A DNA stretch of 64,000 bases from a virus (IMGVR_UViG_3300015262_000002:39828-103827); one strand, 5' to 3'; shown: positions 19,022 to 29,550, numbered from the stretch's first letter. Notes: a model not told the origin generated them from the sequence alone. Numbers and translations: made by a program.

Positions 19022-19610
19022 GACTTGGATTGAAGTCCAACCCGGTGGATATTTGAAGAAGTTCGGTAATCACAAGTTCTTCGTTAGTACACCAGCTGAA
19101 GCAATTAAAGCAATGCTTATGCAATTACCTGAGTTTGATAAGGCATTTCGTGCTGCTGGTAAACGAGGAGTACAGTTTGCAATCAGAGCCGATAAACGAA
19201 ATATCACTGATGTCGAACAGTTGCGAATGGGTAGACCAAAAGTCATTAAATTAATCCCTAAGTATTCTGGTGGTAAGAGTAACGGTTTGGCATTCATAGC
19301 TGTCGCTGCAATTATTCTTGCCACAGTTTACACAGGTGGTGCCTTTGGTTTTGCAGCAGCAGGTACAGCCTCTGGTAGTATTGCTACGTCTATTGCCATT
19401 TCTTTGGCAATTGGTGGTATTACACAAATGCTCAGTCCTCAGCCTGATGGTTTATCAACTGTCGCTGATGCGGAGAATAAAGCAAGTTATGCGTTTGGTG
19501 GTCCAGTCAACACAACCGCACAAGGTAACCCTGTTCCAGTGTTCTATGGATACCGTGAAGTAGGTGGTGCAGTTGTGTCAGCAAGTATCGTATCAGAAGA
19601 TCAACAATAA
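19014..19610 (+). CDS. tail assembly protein I-like
   Basis: Its position supports the call, and it has a Gly/Ala-rich hydrophobic C-terminus. Confidence 0.65.
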   Translation: MSETWIEVQPGGYLKKFGNHKFFVSTPAEAIKAMLMQLPEFDKAFRAAGKRGVQFAIRADKRNITDVEQLRMGRPKVIKLIPKYSGGKSNGLAFIAVAAIILATVYTGGAFGFAAAGTASGSIATSIAISLAIGGITQMLSPQPDGLSTVADAENKASYAFGGPVNTTAQGNPVPVFYGYREVGGAVVSASIVSEDQQ

Positions 19611-19624
19611 TGTAGGAGAGTAGA

Positions 19625-22600
19625 ATGCTTGATTATCAAATTCACGGTGGTAAAGGTGGTGAAGAAAAACCACATACCCCTGTTGAAACACCTAACAACC
19701 TCCTTTCGGTCGCATACGCCAAGGTGTTAATCGCTGTAGCTGAAGGTGAGCTTGCTGGGCAACCAACTAATCAAGACATCTTCCTTGACGGTACGCCTCT
19801 TGCTAACCCTGATGGATCATTAAACTTCGGTGGTGTTAAATGGGATTGGCGTACTGGTACAACAGACCAGACATATATCCAAGGTCTACCAGAAGTTAGC
19901 ACTGAATATAATGTTGGTGTTGAACTGAAATCTGGATTCCCTTGGGTTCGCAACGTAACCAAGACACAACTTGATGCTGTTCGTGTAACATTTCAATGGC
20001 CTGCTCTACTTGAACAGAAACAAAATGGCGATACTGTTGGTACTTCGATGGATTACAAGATCGAAATCGCTACAGACGGTGGAGCATTCGTTGAATATAA
20101 ACAGTATAACATCACGGGTAAAACTAACACTGCTTATGAGCGGACACATCGCATTGATCTTCCATCAGCGAACAGTGGTTGGATTATTAGGGCAAGCAAG
20201 TTAACACCAGATACTGAAACTGGGACCATTCAAGACACAATCAACATCAAGAGTATTGCTGAAGTTGTCGATGCTAAGCAGCGTTATCCAAACACTGCTT
20301 TGTTGTATGTTGAGTTTGACAGTCGCATGTTTGGTGGTGGTTCTATTCCACGTGTTTCCGTCAGAACAAAAGGTCGGGTCATACGAGTACCAAACAACTA
20401 CGATCCTGAAACAAGGACTTATTCTGGTGTATGGAGTGGTGCATTCAAATGGGCTTGGTCTGATAACCCAGCTTGGGTATTCCACGACATTATGACACAA
20501 GATCGTTTTGGTCTTGGTAACAAAGTTGACTTGAACATGGTTGACAAATGGGCACTCTATGAGATTGCTCAATACTGTGATGTAATGGTTGATAACGGTC
20601 ATGGTGTTGGTATTAACGAACCTCGACACACTTGTAACATTTATATCCAAGAGAAGATGGAAGCTTGGCAAGTGTTGCGTGACATCGCCTCTATCTTTAA
20701 CGGTATGACCTATTGGAACGGTAACCAGTTCACAGCCATTGCTGACAAACAAGAACCATTTAACAACGCACCTGTGTTCTCTCGCTCTAACGTAGTCAAT
20801 GGTCGTTTCGACTATGCCGCAGCAGATGATAAGAGTATCTATACAAGCGCTCTGGTGAGCTATGATGACCCTGACAACCATTATGGCACAGAGGTTGAGG
20901 CTACGTTTGAAACAAGCCAGATCCTACGCTGGGGAGGCGACAGACAGACAGAAATCAGTGCAATCGGTTGTACATCCCGTGGTGAAGCACAACGTCGTGG
21001 TAAATACACTCTTATCACTAACATGTACAACCGTACTGTATCATTCAGAACAGGTCTTCAAGGTCTGAATGATGAAGTCATGCCGGGTAAACTTATACAT
21101 GTTGTTGACCCATTGATAGGTGGTCGTCCATTCACTGGTCGTATAAAAGTTGCTGTCGGTAAAGTGTTGACGCTTGACCGTCCTGTTGACGCTGTTACTG
21201 GTGACATCATGTATGTCACCAGAGCTAATGGTGTCACTGAGGGCCGCACAATCGCTTCTGTTTCAAGTAACATTGTAACCCTACAAGTTGCATACACCGA
21301 ACAACCACTTCCTAATGCTGTATGGTACTTGGAAGCAGCTGACTTGAAGTCACAATTGTTCCGAGTTACTAAAATCACTTCCCCTGATGAGAATGTGTTT
21401 GATATTGAGGCTGTAGAGTACAATGACAGTAAGTATTCATCAATTGATACTGGTGCACGACTTGAGCCACGTCCAATTAGTGTAGTTCCACCAAACATCC
21501 AACAACCACCGTCCAATATTGTTGTAACAGCAAACACTTACATTGAACAAACCATGGCTGTCACTACAATGACTGCTTCATGGGATCAGACACCAAACGC
21601 AGTTGGTTATGAGGTACAATGGAAAGTCGGTAATGGTGACTGGGTAAACCTTGGTGTGACAGGTGCTCAACAAGTAAACGTCAAAGGTATCTATACTGGT
21701 CAATATGTTGTTCGTGTCCGGGCGATGAACGCTTATGGAATCAAATCAGTATGGGGTTCTAGTGTAATAACTCAGCTTAATGGTAAAGTTGGTTCTCCAC
21801 CTTCGTTGGTTGGTCTGACTGTAGACCCAATTGTATATGGTATGAGACTTAACTGGTTGTTCCCTGAAGGGGCTGAAGATACAGCACGCACCGAGATTAT
21901 GTACAGTCAGACTCAGTTCTTTGTAGATTCAATAAAACTTGGTGACTATGCTTACCCGCAAAACACTCATGATATAAACGGGTTGAAAGCAGGGCAACGG
22001 TTCTTCTTCTGGGGTAGACTTGTTGACAGAACTGGTAATATTGGACCTTATTATCCATTAGAATCATTGAATGGTGTGATGGGTCTTTCCAGTACAGACG
22101 TTAACGAATATGAAGCATACTTCAGGGATCAAATAAACAGTAGTGCTTTGGGTGCAGAACTATCATCTCGTATTGATTTAATTGATGGTCCTCCGACGTT
22201 GCCGGGTTCTGTAAATGAACGACTACAGGAATTGGATAACCAACTCCAAGAACAGATTGACACAATTACCGACCTTGCTGATTCAATGCCTTATAATCCA
22301 AGTGCAACGTATGTAGTTGATCAGGCTGTACTGGGTGCGGATGGTAAATTGTACCAAGCTAAACAAGCTGTACCAATTAATACACCACCACCTAATGTTA
22401 CTTACTGGACTGATATTGGTCAAGCTGTTACCACAGCTGATGGTTTGGCTGCTCGTGTGACAACAGTAGAGACAACAGTTACTAACCAAGGCTCTGCAAT
22501 CACAGCACAATCTACCCGTATCGATGGTGTTGTTTCAGACTTGAATGGTAAAGCTAGTTCTGCCGCTGTGGACAGTTTAACAACTCGCGTCACATCTGCG

Positions 22601-24124
22601 GAAGGGACAATCACCAGTCAAGGTTCTGCAATCACAGGGTTACAAAGTGACATAACAGGTAAGGCTGATGCTTCTGCTGTAAATTCGTTAACAACTCGTG
22701 TCACAACAGCAGAAGATAATATTACTTCACAGTCTGGTCAGATCACAACTTTAACGAACTCTGTGGCTGGAAAAGCTGACGCTTCAGCATTATCAGCATT
22801 ATCATCAACAGTAACTCAACAAGGGACTACGATCACTAGTCAAGGTACAGCTGTAACTCAGTTGCAAAACACTGTTGGTTCAATTGGTGGTGCTGGCACA
22901 AACTTGTTGGTCGATACATACAGCTGGTTGACTTCAGCTACTCTTCCAACTACAAACATAAACATTCTCACCCAAACAGGTGTGGTAGTACCAGCATCTT
23001 CTTCTGGTTTTGGTTATAGGTTGACAAGTAACAGCACATCAACCGGTCAGTATTTAATGCTGTGTCCAATAAATAATGTTTCTAGTTACAATGTTGAATT
23101 GGAAGCTGGTTCGTATTTGGTATCGATGTACATTCAAGGCGCCTCGGCGGGAACAGCAAGAGTTTCGTTATACGATGGAGTACATCGGTATTCTACCAAC
23201 GTTGCATACACAACAACAAGACAGAGAGTTACATTTGTTTGTACATCTGGTAATGCTACTCGTGTAGGTGTTATTATTTATCCGAACATGTCGGGTGTCA
23301 CACCTATGGACGTAACAATTGATAGTGTAATGGTTGAAGACCAAATAGGTACTTCCACAGCACCGTCTCCATTTGTACCGGGTAATTCTGCAAGCTCAGT
23401 GTTTGCACAAGCCACAGCGATTAACTCTCTCTCCACTCGTGTAACTAACACTGAAGGTGTTGTATCAGCACAAGCCACAAAGCTTGATGGTATCTTCTTG
23501 CAAGTTAACCCTTCATTGGCTGGTGACAACGTTGGGATGGCTGGTAGTGATCAAGCCTTTGTTGGAGTATGGACTGAACAATCAGCACGCATTGAAGATG
23601 GGGTTGCGACTGGTAAGCGAGTTGACACTATTCAAGTTGCTATTGACCAGAGTAATGCAACTGTGCAGCAAGTTTCACAAGCACAAGTTGCAGCAGATGG
23701 AAAAGCCAGTGCTAGTTGGTCTGTTAAATTACAAGTTAACCAGTTTGGTCAATACGTCACAGCTGGTGTTGGACTTGGTCTTGAGAATACACCGGGCGGT
23801 TTGCAGAGTACATTCTTAGTGAGCGCAGATACGTTCGCTGTGGTTAATGGAACCAACAGTACACTAACTACACCATTTGTTGTTTCAGGTGGTCAGGTGT
23901 TTATTAAAAGTGCCGTGATCCAAGACGCTTCTATTAGCAGTGCAAAGATTGGTCAAATCATTCAGTCTGACAACTTTGTTTCAACGTCTTCAGGGTGGGC
24001 CATTAACAAGAACGGTTACTTTGAAATGAATGGTTCGGGTGGTACTGGTCGAATGGCTCTGAGTCCAACAGCTTTGAAGCTGTACCACTCTAACGGTGTA
24101 CTTGGTATTGATTTGAGTATTTAA
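19625..24124 (+). CDS. host specificity protein J / central tail fiber
   Basis: A 1499-aa protein after I, with a C-terminal region of ~32-aa tandem repeats. Confidence 0.85.
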   Translation: MLDYQIHGGKGGEEKPHTPVETPNNLLSVAYAKVLIAVAEGELAGQPTNQDIFLDGTPLANPDGSLNFGGVKWDWRTGTTDQTYIQGLPEVSTEYNVGVELKSGFPWVRNVTKTQLDAVRVTFQWPALLEQKQNGDTVGTSMDYKIEIATDGGAFVEYKQYNITGKTNTAYERTHRIDLPSANSGWIIRASKLTPDTETGTIQDTINIKSIAEVVDAKQRYPNTALLYVEFDSRMFGGGSIPRVSVRTKGRVIRVPNNYDPETRTYSGVWSGAFKWAWSDNPAWVFHDIMTQDRFGLGNKVDLNMVDKWALYEIAQYCDVMVDNGHGVGINEPRHTCNIYIQEKMEAWQVLRDIASIFNGMTYWNGNQFTAIADKQEPFNNAPVFSRSNVVNGRFDYAAADDKSIYTSALVSYDDPDNHYGTEVEATFETSQILRWGGDRQTEISAIGCTSRGEAQRRGKYTLITNMYNRTVSFRTGLQGLNDEVMPGKLIHVVDPLIGGRPFTGRIKVAVGKVLTLDRPVDAVTGDIMYVTRANGVTEGRTIASVSSNIVTLQVAYTEQPLPNAVWYLEAADLKSQLFRVTKITSPDENVFDIEAVEYNDSKYSSIDTGARLEPRPISVVPPNIQQPPSNIVVTANTYIEQTMAVTTMTASWDQTPNAVGYEVQWKVGNGDWVNLGVTGAQQVNVKGIYTGQYVVRVRAMNAYGIKSVWGSSVITQLNGKVGSPPSLVGLTVDPIVYGMRLNWLFPEGAEDTARTEIMYSQTQFFVDSIKLGDYAYPQNTHDINGLKAGQRFFFWGRLVDRTGNIGPYYPLESLNGVMGLSSTDVNEYEAYFRDQINSSALGAELSSRIDLIDGPPTLPGSVNERLQELDNQLQEQIDTITDLADSMPYNPSATYVVDQAVLGADGKLYQAKQAVPINTPPPNVTYWTDIGQAVTTADGLAARVTTVETTVTNQGSAITAQSTRIDGVVSDLNGKASSAAVDSLTTRVTSAEGTITSQGSAITGLQSDITGKADASAVNSLTTRVTTAEDNITSQSGQITTLTNSVAGKADASALSALSSTVTQQGTTITSQGTAVTQLQNTVGSIGGAGTNLLVDTYSWLTSATLPTTNINILTQTGVVVPASSSGFGYRLTSNSTSTGQYLMLCPINNVSSYNVELEAGSYLVSMYIQGASAGTARVSLYDGVHRYSTNVAYTTTRQRVTFVCTSGNATRVGVIIYPNMSGVTPMDVTIDSVMVEDQIGTSTAPSPFVPGNSASSVFAQATAINSLSTRVTNTEGVVSAQATKLDGIFLQVNPSLAGDNVGMAGSDQAFVGVWTEQSARIEDGVATGKRVDTIQVAIDQSNATVQQVSQAQVAADGKASASWSVKLQVNQFGQYVTAGVGLGLENTPGGLQSTFLVSADTFAVVNGTNSTLTTPFVVSGGQVFIKSAVIQDASISSAKIGQIIQSDNFVSTSSGWAINKNGYFEMNGSGGTGRMALSPTALKLYHSNGVLGIDLSI

Positions 24125-24126
24125 AA

Positions 24127-24429
24127 ATGACAGGACTTACAATCAGAAACGCAGCTGGTGTAGTAATGGTTGATATGACCATGAAAATAAGCCAGCTACA
24201 AGGGTCAGTTGATACAGGAGCGGTGAATGGTGCTATTACCATTCCAGCTCCACCAGCTGGTAAAACTCAATATTTCATTGTTGTGCCACTTGTAAATCTA
24301 CAACGGGAGACAGGTAAAAAACCCGGTGTTACTTTATCAGGTAGTACTTTATCTTGGGCTTATTCTTATGCCACAAACGGTTGGGGTTACTTCTCAGCAA
24401 ATTGTAGAATATATTATGGATACTACTAA
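24127..24429 (+). CDS. hypothetical tail-associated protein
   Basis: ORF lying between J and the fiber genes. Confidence 0.45.
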   Translation: MTGLTIRNAAGVVMVDMTMKISQLQGSVDTGAVNGAITIPAPPAGKTQYFIVVPLVNLQRETGKKPGVTLSGSTLSWAYSYATNGWGYFSANCRIYYGYY

Positions 24430-25322
24430 TGACACAGTTGATAGTCACAAAAGATACAGGTGAGCTACTGTTTGATACTTCAAAAATATGTTATGGATTG
24501 GTGAAGAGTGGATACTTTGCATACATAAGTTCTTGGAGCAGACGTACATTAATCTCTGCTCAACTTGATAAGAACAATGGTGCTAATTGGACAGCCAGTG
24601 ATGAGATTGTAACAGCTGACGGTTCATGGGATCCAATGTATGGTTTTACTCTTGCAAACTTTAAATCACCAATCGTATTTATCACAGGTCCGGGTTGTTT
24701 GACTGGGACCATCACATCTGGTAGTAACATTACCTTTATTTACGCAAACACAGATACGTCAACAAAATACTACTGTTTCGATTTGATGGCTGATAATATT
24801 GCAGGTAGTCCTTATTTGAAAACTTATAACACTAGTGGTGTTATAACATTCAATTCACTACAAGTACCACTTAATGTTATTGGTGCACTACAACCTCCCG
24901 CTCCATCTGCTGATGTTGGTAGTGGTAACAGAGGTTGGGCTTATTCTGGTGGTACAAACAGGATGAGACAGTTGTGGTTGGCAAGTGTTAATGGTAGACA
25001 GAGATATCCAAGGGCTGAGTGTATATACACTTATGCTTTAAGTGCTGGTGTTGAATACGCTGCTTACTTGCCATGGTCTAGGTCAGCTGGGTTAGTCATT
25101 GGTATTGACATTAGTGGATCAAACACATCGTCGTCTGGTGTAAGTGAAGGTGTTTACGGCGGTGTTGGTGGCGTTACTTTCCAGATGGGGAGTGCCGGTG
25201 GTACTACTTTCGACTCGCAAGTAGTACAACAGAACGGTTTTACTTGGTTTAATGTACCAATCGATCGTTATCCAACAGCATTATATATTACAACAGCAAA
25301 CCTACCATTCCCATTTAATTAA
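24429..25322 (+). CDS. putative tail fiber / receptor-binding protein
   Basis: Gly/Ser/Thr-rich composition and its position. Confidence 0.45.
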   Translation: MTQLIVTKDTGELLFDTSKICYGLVKSGYFAYISSWSRRTLISAQLDKNNGANWTASDEIVTADGSWDPMYGFTLANFKSPIVFITGPGCLTGTITSGSNITFIYANTDTSTKYYCFDLMADNIAGSPYLKTYNTSGVITFNSLQVPLNVIGALQPPAPSADVGSGNRGWAYSGGTNRMRQLWLASVNGRQRYPRAECIYTYALSAGVEYAAYLPWSRSAGLVIGIDISGSNTSSSGVSEGVYGGVGGVTFQMGSAGGTTFDSQVVQQNGFTWFNVPIDRYPTALYITTANLPFPFN

Positions 25323-25338
25323 TTAGGAGAAATAATAT

Positions 25339-25962
25339 ATGTCAAAACAATCAATCAACTTAGGTACAGCACCTACTGGTGTTGGTGGTGATACACCACG
25401 AAGTGCCTTCACAAAATTACAATCAAACGTGGATGAACTTTACACAGCACTGGGTGCCGCTGGAAGCCCGCAAGCCCTTCCAGCTACCTTACCAATCCTT
25501 AATGGTGGCACAGGTGTAACAACCACAGCTGCATTATTGACTGCTTTACAAGCAGCAGGTGCTTATGGTAAAAGCAATATCCTTGGTTCCGTAACGGTTT
25601 CTGGTGGCGTACCAACTGGCGCCTTGATCGAGAAAGGTACAAATTCGAGCGGTGATTGGACTAAATGGGCCGATGGGACGATGATTTGTCGTGGATTCAA
25701 AGACCTTGGATCACAAGCAATCACAGCAGGTAATGGTTCTCTTTTTTATACAGGTGCCTTCGGTGGTATCACTTTTCCTCAGTCATTCACAACGGCACCA
25801 TCTACACATATTGACATTATTTCAGCGACAGGTTTAGTTTGGTCAACAGCAGGGTCAGCTTTACCCTCTGCAACAGCAACCGGATCTTATTATATTCTTA
25901 GTCCAACAAGCGTTACTGCATCAGTAAGCGCAATGTGGATAGCTATTGGGAGGTGGTTTTAA
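25339..25962 (+). CDS. tail fiber protein
   Basis: The N-terminus, INLGTAPTGVGGDTPRSAFTKLQSNVDELY, is a conserved fiber N-terminal motif. Confidence 0.6.
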   Translation: MSKQSINLGTAPTGVGGDTPRSAFTKLQSNVDELYTALGAAGSPQALPATLPILNGGTGVTTTAALLTALQAAGAYGKSNILGSVTVSGGVPTGALIEKGTNSSGDWTKWADGTMICRGFKDLGSQAITAGNGSLFYTGAFGGITFPQSFTTAPSTHIDIISATGLVWSTAGSALPSATATGSYYILSPTSVTASVSAMWIAIGRWF

Positions 25963-26675
25963 TGCGTATTAGTCTAGTACCATTGGGTACAATCGATACA
26001 TTGCAAGTTATAAAACAAGATAAGGTTCTTACTTTCAATGGAGAGTCTTTTGATTTTTCATTAATGAAAAATGGAGACACGTTGCCTTGGACTGCACTTT
26101 CCTCAAAATGGATTACTGGTGGTGTTGAGTGTGATGCTGATGGTGAGTTATCTTTAAATGTTATTCTACCAATACCTTGGAACTACAGTCAGGAACAAGC
26201 ATTCCCTGTCCCATTGTTGAATGTTCCAAATGGTGTAGTTGTATTCCCTAAACCACTTCCGACTGAGGGTATCGATGTACCACAACAAATTGAATGGTCA
26301 CCAGCAGTTGGACTGATCGACTGGTCACAACTGATTACTTCTCAAATGAAGATTGACGCTGCTGCAAAACTACAACTTGCAACAGTAAAAGCGGAACTTG
26401 TGTCTCGCAATACTAAAGCAGCTTACCAAATCGCTCGCATCCAAGATCGTATTGATACTCTTGGATATGGGATTGATGCTGGTCAGGCGACAGAAGAAGA
26501 TGAAGCTGAACAAGTTGCTTTGATGCTCAATATCAAATTGTGGAAAACTTACAAGTTTGCTTTAGGTAAAGTATCAACGAAACCTTCTTGGCCTGCAAAC
26601 CCAGAGTGGCCTGTTGAGCCTCCTGTACCTTATATTACGGATGGTCAGTCTTCACGAAGCGTTAACCTAATGTAA
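25962..26675 (+). CDS. hypothetical protein, possibly a fiber distal domain or assembly factor
   Basis: TAATG overlap with the upstream gene and a GGGAGGTGG SD. Confidence 0.45.
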   Translation: MRISLVPLGTIDTLQVIKQDKVLTFNGESFDFSLMKNGDTLPWTALSSKWITGGVECDADGELSLNVILPIPWNYSQEQAFPVPLLNVPNGVVVFPKPLPTEGIDVPQQIEWSPAVGLIDWSQLITSQMKIDAAAKLQLATVKAELVSRNTKAAYQIARIQDRIDTLGYGIDAGQATEEDEAEQVALMLNIKLWKTYKFALGKVSTKPSWPANPEWPVEPPVPYITDGQSSRSVNLM

Positions 26676-26686
26676 GAGGAAATAAC

Positions 26687-27244
26687 ATGGGTATTAAGAT
26701 AACAGATGGACTTAAGAAGAAAATCTTTATCGCCTTAATTTCTGCTGGAGTTGGTGGTCCTAGTGCCTACGTGGCTACTGAACTAACAACTCCCTCAGAA
26801 GGATTCGAAGTAGTTGCCTATAAAGACACAGGGGGTCTTCAAACTTACTGTGTTGGACATCTAGCTAAGAAAGGTGAAGTGGTAAAGAAAGAATACACTG
26901 AAGAAGAATGTGTACAGTTGTTTGTACAAGACTGGGTGATTCATGAACGACTACTGAATAGTGTTGTGAAAGTTCCATACCGTTCTGAATGGATGAAAGG
27001 TGCACTTACTGATTTCACGTTCAACAAAGGTATTGGAAATGTTAAATCATCTACACTTCTTAAAGAGTTGAACGCTAAACGATATGACAAAGCATGTATT
27101 GAGCTTACCAAATGGAAATATGGAAAGGTTAATGGAATAGCAACAGTATTACCGGGGTTGGTTATCAGAGCATCCAAACAGTACTCATATTGTATGGGTG
27201 TTGAACCAACTGAATATAAATCAGATATAATCAGATGGGAGTAA
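26687..27244 (+). CDS. SAR endolysin (GH24 T4-lysozyme-like)
   Basis: An N-terminal Gly/Ala-rich hydrophobic SAR segment, then the E-x8-D-x5-T catalytic triad (SEGFEVVAYKDTGGLQT). Confidence 0.75.
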   Translation: MGIKITDGLKKKIFIALISAGVGGPSAYVATELTTPSEGFEVVAYKDTGGLQTYCVGHLAKKGEVVKKEYTEEECVQLFVQDWVIHERLLNSVVKVPYRSEWMKGALTDFTFNKGIGNVKSSTLLKELNAKRYDKACIELTKWKYGKVNGIATVLPGLVIRASKQYSYCMGVEPTEYKSDIIRWE

Positions 27245-27248
27245 TAAC

Positions 27249-27512
27249 ATGGGTAAACGATTCTATAACCACCTATGCAAACATTATCACCTTTACTCCT
27301 TCACCGCAAACATGCTGAATGCCGTGAGTATGGCAGGTCTTGCATTACTTGGGCTTCTGACTGACACCATGACAATTACATGGTTGGTTGGTTGGGGTAT
27401 TATGTTTGCTATACTTTTCGGAATAAGCAAGTTGCTCAATGAAGAGATTGATGACTTGGACAAAGTAAAGGAGCACACTAATGAATCTAATACTTGCGAC
27501 ATTGAAAAGTAA
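27249..27512 (+). CDS. holin / pinholin-like protein with two TMDs
   Basis: An 87-aa protein with two hydrophobic helices and a charged C-terminus, adjacent to the SAR endolysin. Confidence 0.55.
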   Translation: MGKRFYNHLCKHYHLYSFTANMLNAVSMAGLALLGLLTDTMTITWLVGWGIMFAILFGISKLLNEEIDDLDKVKEHTNESNTCDIEK

Positions 27513-27870
27513 GGGGTTGAGTATACTCTGTATCGTTTTGGCAACATTGCTCACAGCATCAGTAATCTCTGGTAAGTATGATCGCGAAGCACTTGATACA
27601 GCTCAGGTGAAACTGATGGAACATGTAACGTTGAACAAACGACTTAGTGAGCAAAACTTAGAACTTGCTAATGAGATTAAAAACAAGCCAAAAGAATATA
27701 TCACCATTGTAAAAGACATCGATAAAGAAGTATGTAATGGTGTTGTAAAACAACAGGCAATCAACGAACTACTGTCATCCAAGAAGGAAACTGTCAATGA
27801 AGATGCGAAGCAAAACACTGCTGACATTGATGATCGCTTGCCTAATGATTTGCTCAAGTTGCTCAAGTAA
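27481..27870 (+). CDS. i-spanin (Rz-like)
   Basis: An N-terminal TMD followed by a coiled-coil periplasmic domain. Confidence 0.55.
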   Translation: MNLILATLKSKGLSILCIVLATLLTASVISGKYDREALDTAQVKLMEHVTLNKRLSEQNLELANEIKNKPKEYITIVKDIDKEVCNGVVKQQAINELLSSKKETVNEDAKQNTADIDDRLPNDLLKLLK

Positions 27871-28099
27871 GCCACCAGAGACGATTGTAGAAACGATCTA
27901 TGTAAAGCAATACATTCCCTTGGATTTACTAAGAGTTAGTTGCCTAGAGCAACCAGCGGGCGAGACAGTGCGTTCTCTCGCAAGTTCATGGGTTAATAAC
28001 ACGAGCTGTCTTCGTGCACATCAAATTTTGGTTGAAGGATTAATTAAAAACCACACAGAAGAAGGAGCTGTCAATAATGAGCAACCCACCAGAAAGTAA
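27797..28099 (+). CDS. o-spanin (Rz1-like lipoprotein) overlapping the i-spanin 3' end in another frame
   Basis: A signal peptide with a lipobox-like LMIAC/ICSSC, and the overlapped architecture. Confidence 0.5.
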   Translation: MKMRSKTLLTLMIACLMICSSCSSKPPETIVETIYVKQYIPLDLLRVSCLEQPAGETVRSLASSWVNNTSCLRAHQILVEGLIKNHTEEGAVNNEQPTRK

Positions 28100-28394
28100 G
28101 TTACAGGAATTGATTGCAAAGTTTGGTGGTTGGGCTGGACTTGCTCTAATCTCAGTTGTTGCATTTATGTATCAAGGTGATCGTGCCAATACACAATCAG
28201 CCATTACTGGATTAGAGAAGAATATTGCAGCAAACGTAAGGGCAATTAACCGTCTGCAAGAAGGGAAAGTAAGCAGGGAAGAATTCAAGTCTGTTCAAGA
28301 ACAATGGATTCGTGAAACGATGGGATTAAGGCAGGACATTCGTGAACTTACTGGTGCTCTACGAATTGATGTAAAAGGTACAGTAAAACAATAA
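28077..28394 (+). CDS. small membrane protein
   Basis: One TMD (WAGLALISVVAFM) followed by a coiled-coil tail. Confidence 0.45.
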   Translation: MSNPPESKLQELIAKFGGWAGLALISVVAFMYQGDRANTQSAITGLEKNIAANVRAINRLQEGKVSREEFKSVQEQWIRETMGLRQDIRELTGALRIDVKGTVKQ

Positions 28395-28403
28395 GATAAA
28401 CAA

Positions 28404-28443
28404 AAGAAAGCCCGCCTTGCAATTAAGCAGAGCGGGCTTTTTC
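28404..28443. terminator. bidirectional terminator between convergent operons
   Basis: AAAGCCCGC...GCGGGCTTTTT, flanked by an A-run and a T-run. Confidence 0.55.
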
Positions 28444-28450
28444 ACATCTA

Positions 28451-28705
28451 CTATTTAACGAAAGCTTTACGAGCTGTATCTGCACGACTTAGGATTGGAC
28501 TAGCAATATCACGAATAGACTTCAGAAACTCACGAAGATGTAACTCATGTGGTTGCAAGTAAGTCCGTCCCATCTTCTCATAGAAGGTTTTAATGAATGC
28601 ATCATCACCATAACCAGCAAGTGCATCCAATGCTCGTAGTTCACCTTCTGTTACCGTGAACTTTGCAGTCACAGACACTACAGGTAGTTCAACTATCTTA
28701 GCCAT
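28451..28705 (-). CDS. hypothetical protein
   Basis: ORF in the leftward operon. Confidence 0.5.
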   Translation of the reverse strand: MAKIVELPVVSVTAKFTVTEGELRALDALAGYGDDAFIKTFYEKMGRTYLQPHELHLREFLKSIRDIASPILSRADTARKAFVK

Positions 28706-29094
28706 TAATCAAGCATCTCCTGAGTCACAACAACATCAATCTGTTTAGACTTATCAACACCCCAGAATGAACAACTTAGATATTTGTCTGCCCAAACACC
28801 AATCAGCGCTTTTAGTTCTTCTCGATCTTCTGGATTGCAATAACCAAAATCTTCAGCATATTCACCTGCTTCGTCACAGGCTGCACAATTTAGATCGTCA
28901 ATGAAGTTATCAATGCGATGATCAGTAATGAAATCAGATGGTATAAAATCACGAGCAACAGCCTCATAATATGTGATTGTATCACCAACTTTCAATTCTT
29001 CAAAGCTTTCATTAATGATATCAACAATAATATCACCAACACAATCAGTATTGAAGTTCTCATTGTCTTTGCTATATATGATTCGCTCGGTCAT
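28705..29094 (-). CDS. hypothetical acidic protein
   Basis: ORF whose start/stop overlaps the neighbouring gene. Confidence 0.5.
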   Translation of the reverse strand: MTERIIYSKDNENFNTDCVGDIIVDIINESFEELKVGDTITYYEAVARDFIPSDFITDHRIDNFIDDLNCAACDEAGEYAEDFGYCNPEDREELKALIGVWADKYLSCSFWGVDKSKQIDVVVTQEMLD

Positions 29095-29324
29095 TTGAAA
29101 TACTCATCCATAGTTGCGTCCATTAGTTTATCATACAGGTGATGACCGGGATACAACCCATCCTGTCGCAGTCTGACATCCGCTCTGTGCTTGATTAGTT
29201 CAAAAGCGTTAGCTTCACCCATGTTAGTCAGTACAACGTCAGTACAGTCCCAGTGGCACTTCAGAAGACCATTGAATACTTGACCATCAATCATTGGTAG
29301 ATTACAACCGGGACACTTATTCAT
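29091..29324 (-). CDS. hypothetical Cys-rich protein with a putative Zn ribbon (CPGC...CHWDC)
   Basis: The Cys pattern was read from the translation. Confidence 0.45.
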   Translation of the reverse strand: MNKCPGCNLPMIDGQVFNGLLKCHWDCTDVVLTNMGEANAFELIKHRADVRLRQDGLYPGHHLYDKLMDATMDEYFK

Positions 29325-29539
29325 ACAATCAAATCCATATGTTTACTAATGCCATCCCAAAGAGCCATTTGTGCTTTGCATCCACTTTCTATATTAAAAC
29401 CTAAACCTTCACCCAGCGAACGTGCTGTTGATTCTGAAGTGTTTGCGATAGCTGTCAACCACTTCAGTTCTTCAAGCGATTCAATTGTGATTACAATTGG
29501 TTCAAATACAGGAACAACCACTTCTCTTTCAATTTTCAT
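29321..29539 (-). CDS. hypothetical protein
   Basis: ORF overlapping its neighbour. Confidence 0.45.
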   Translation of the reverse strand: MKIEREVVVPVFEPIVITIESLEELKWLTAIANTSESTARSLGEGLGFNIESGCKAQMALWDGISKHMDLIV

Positions 29540-29550
29540 TTACTTTCTCC

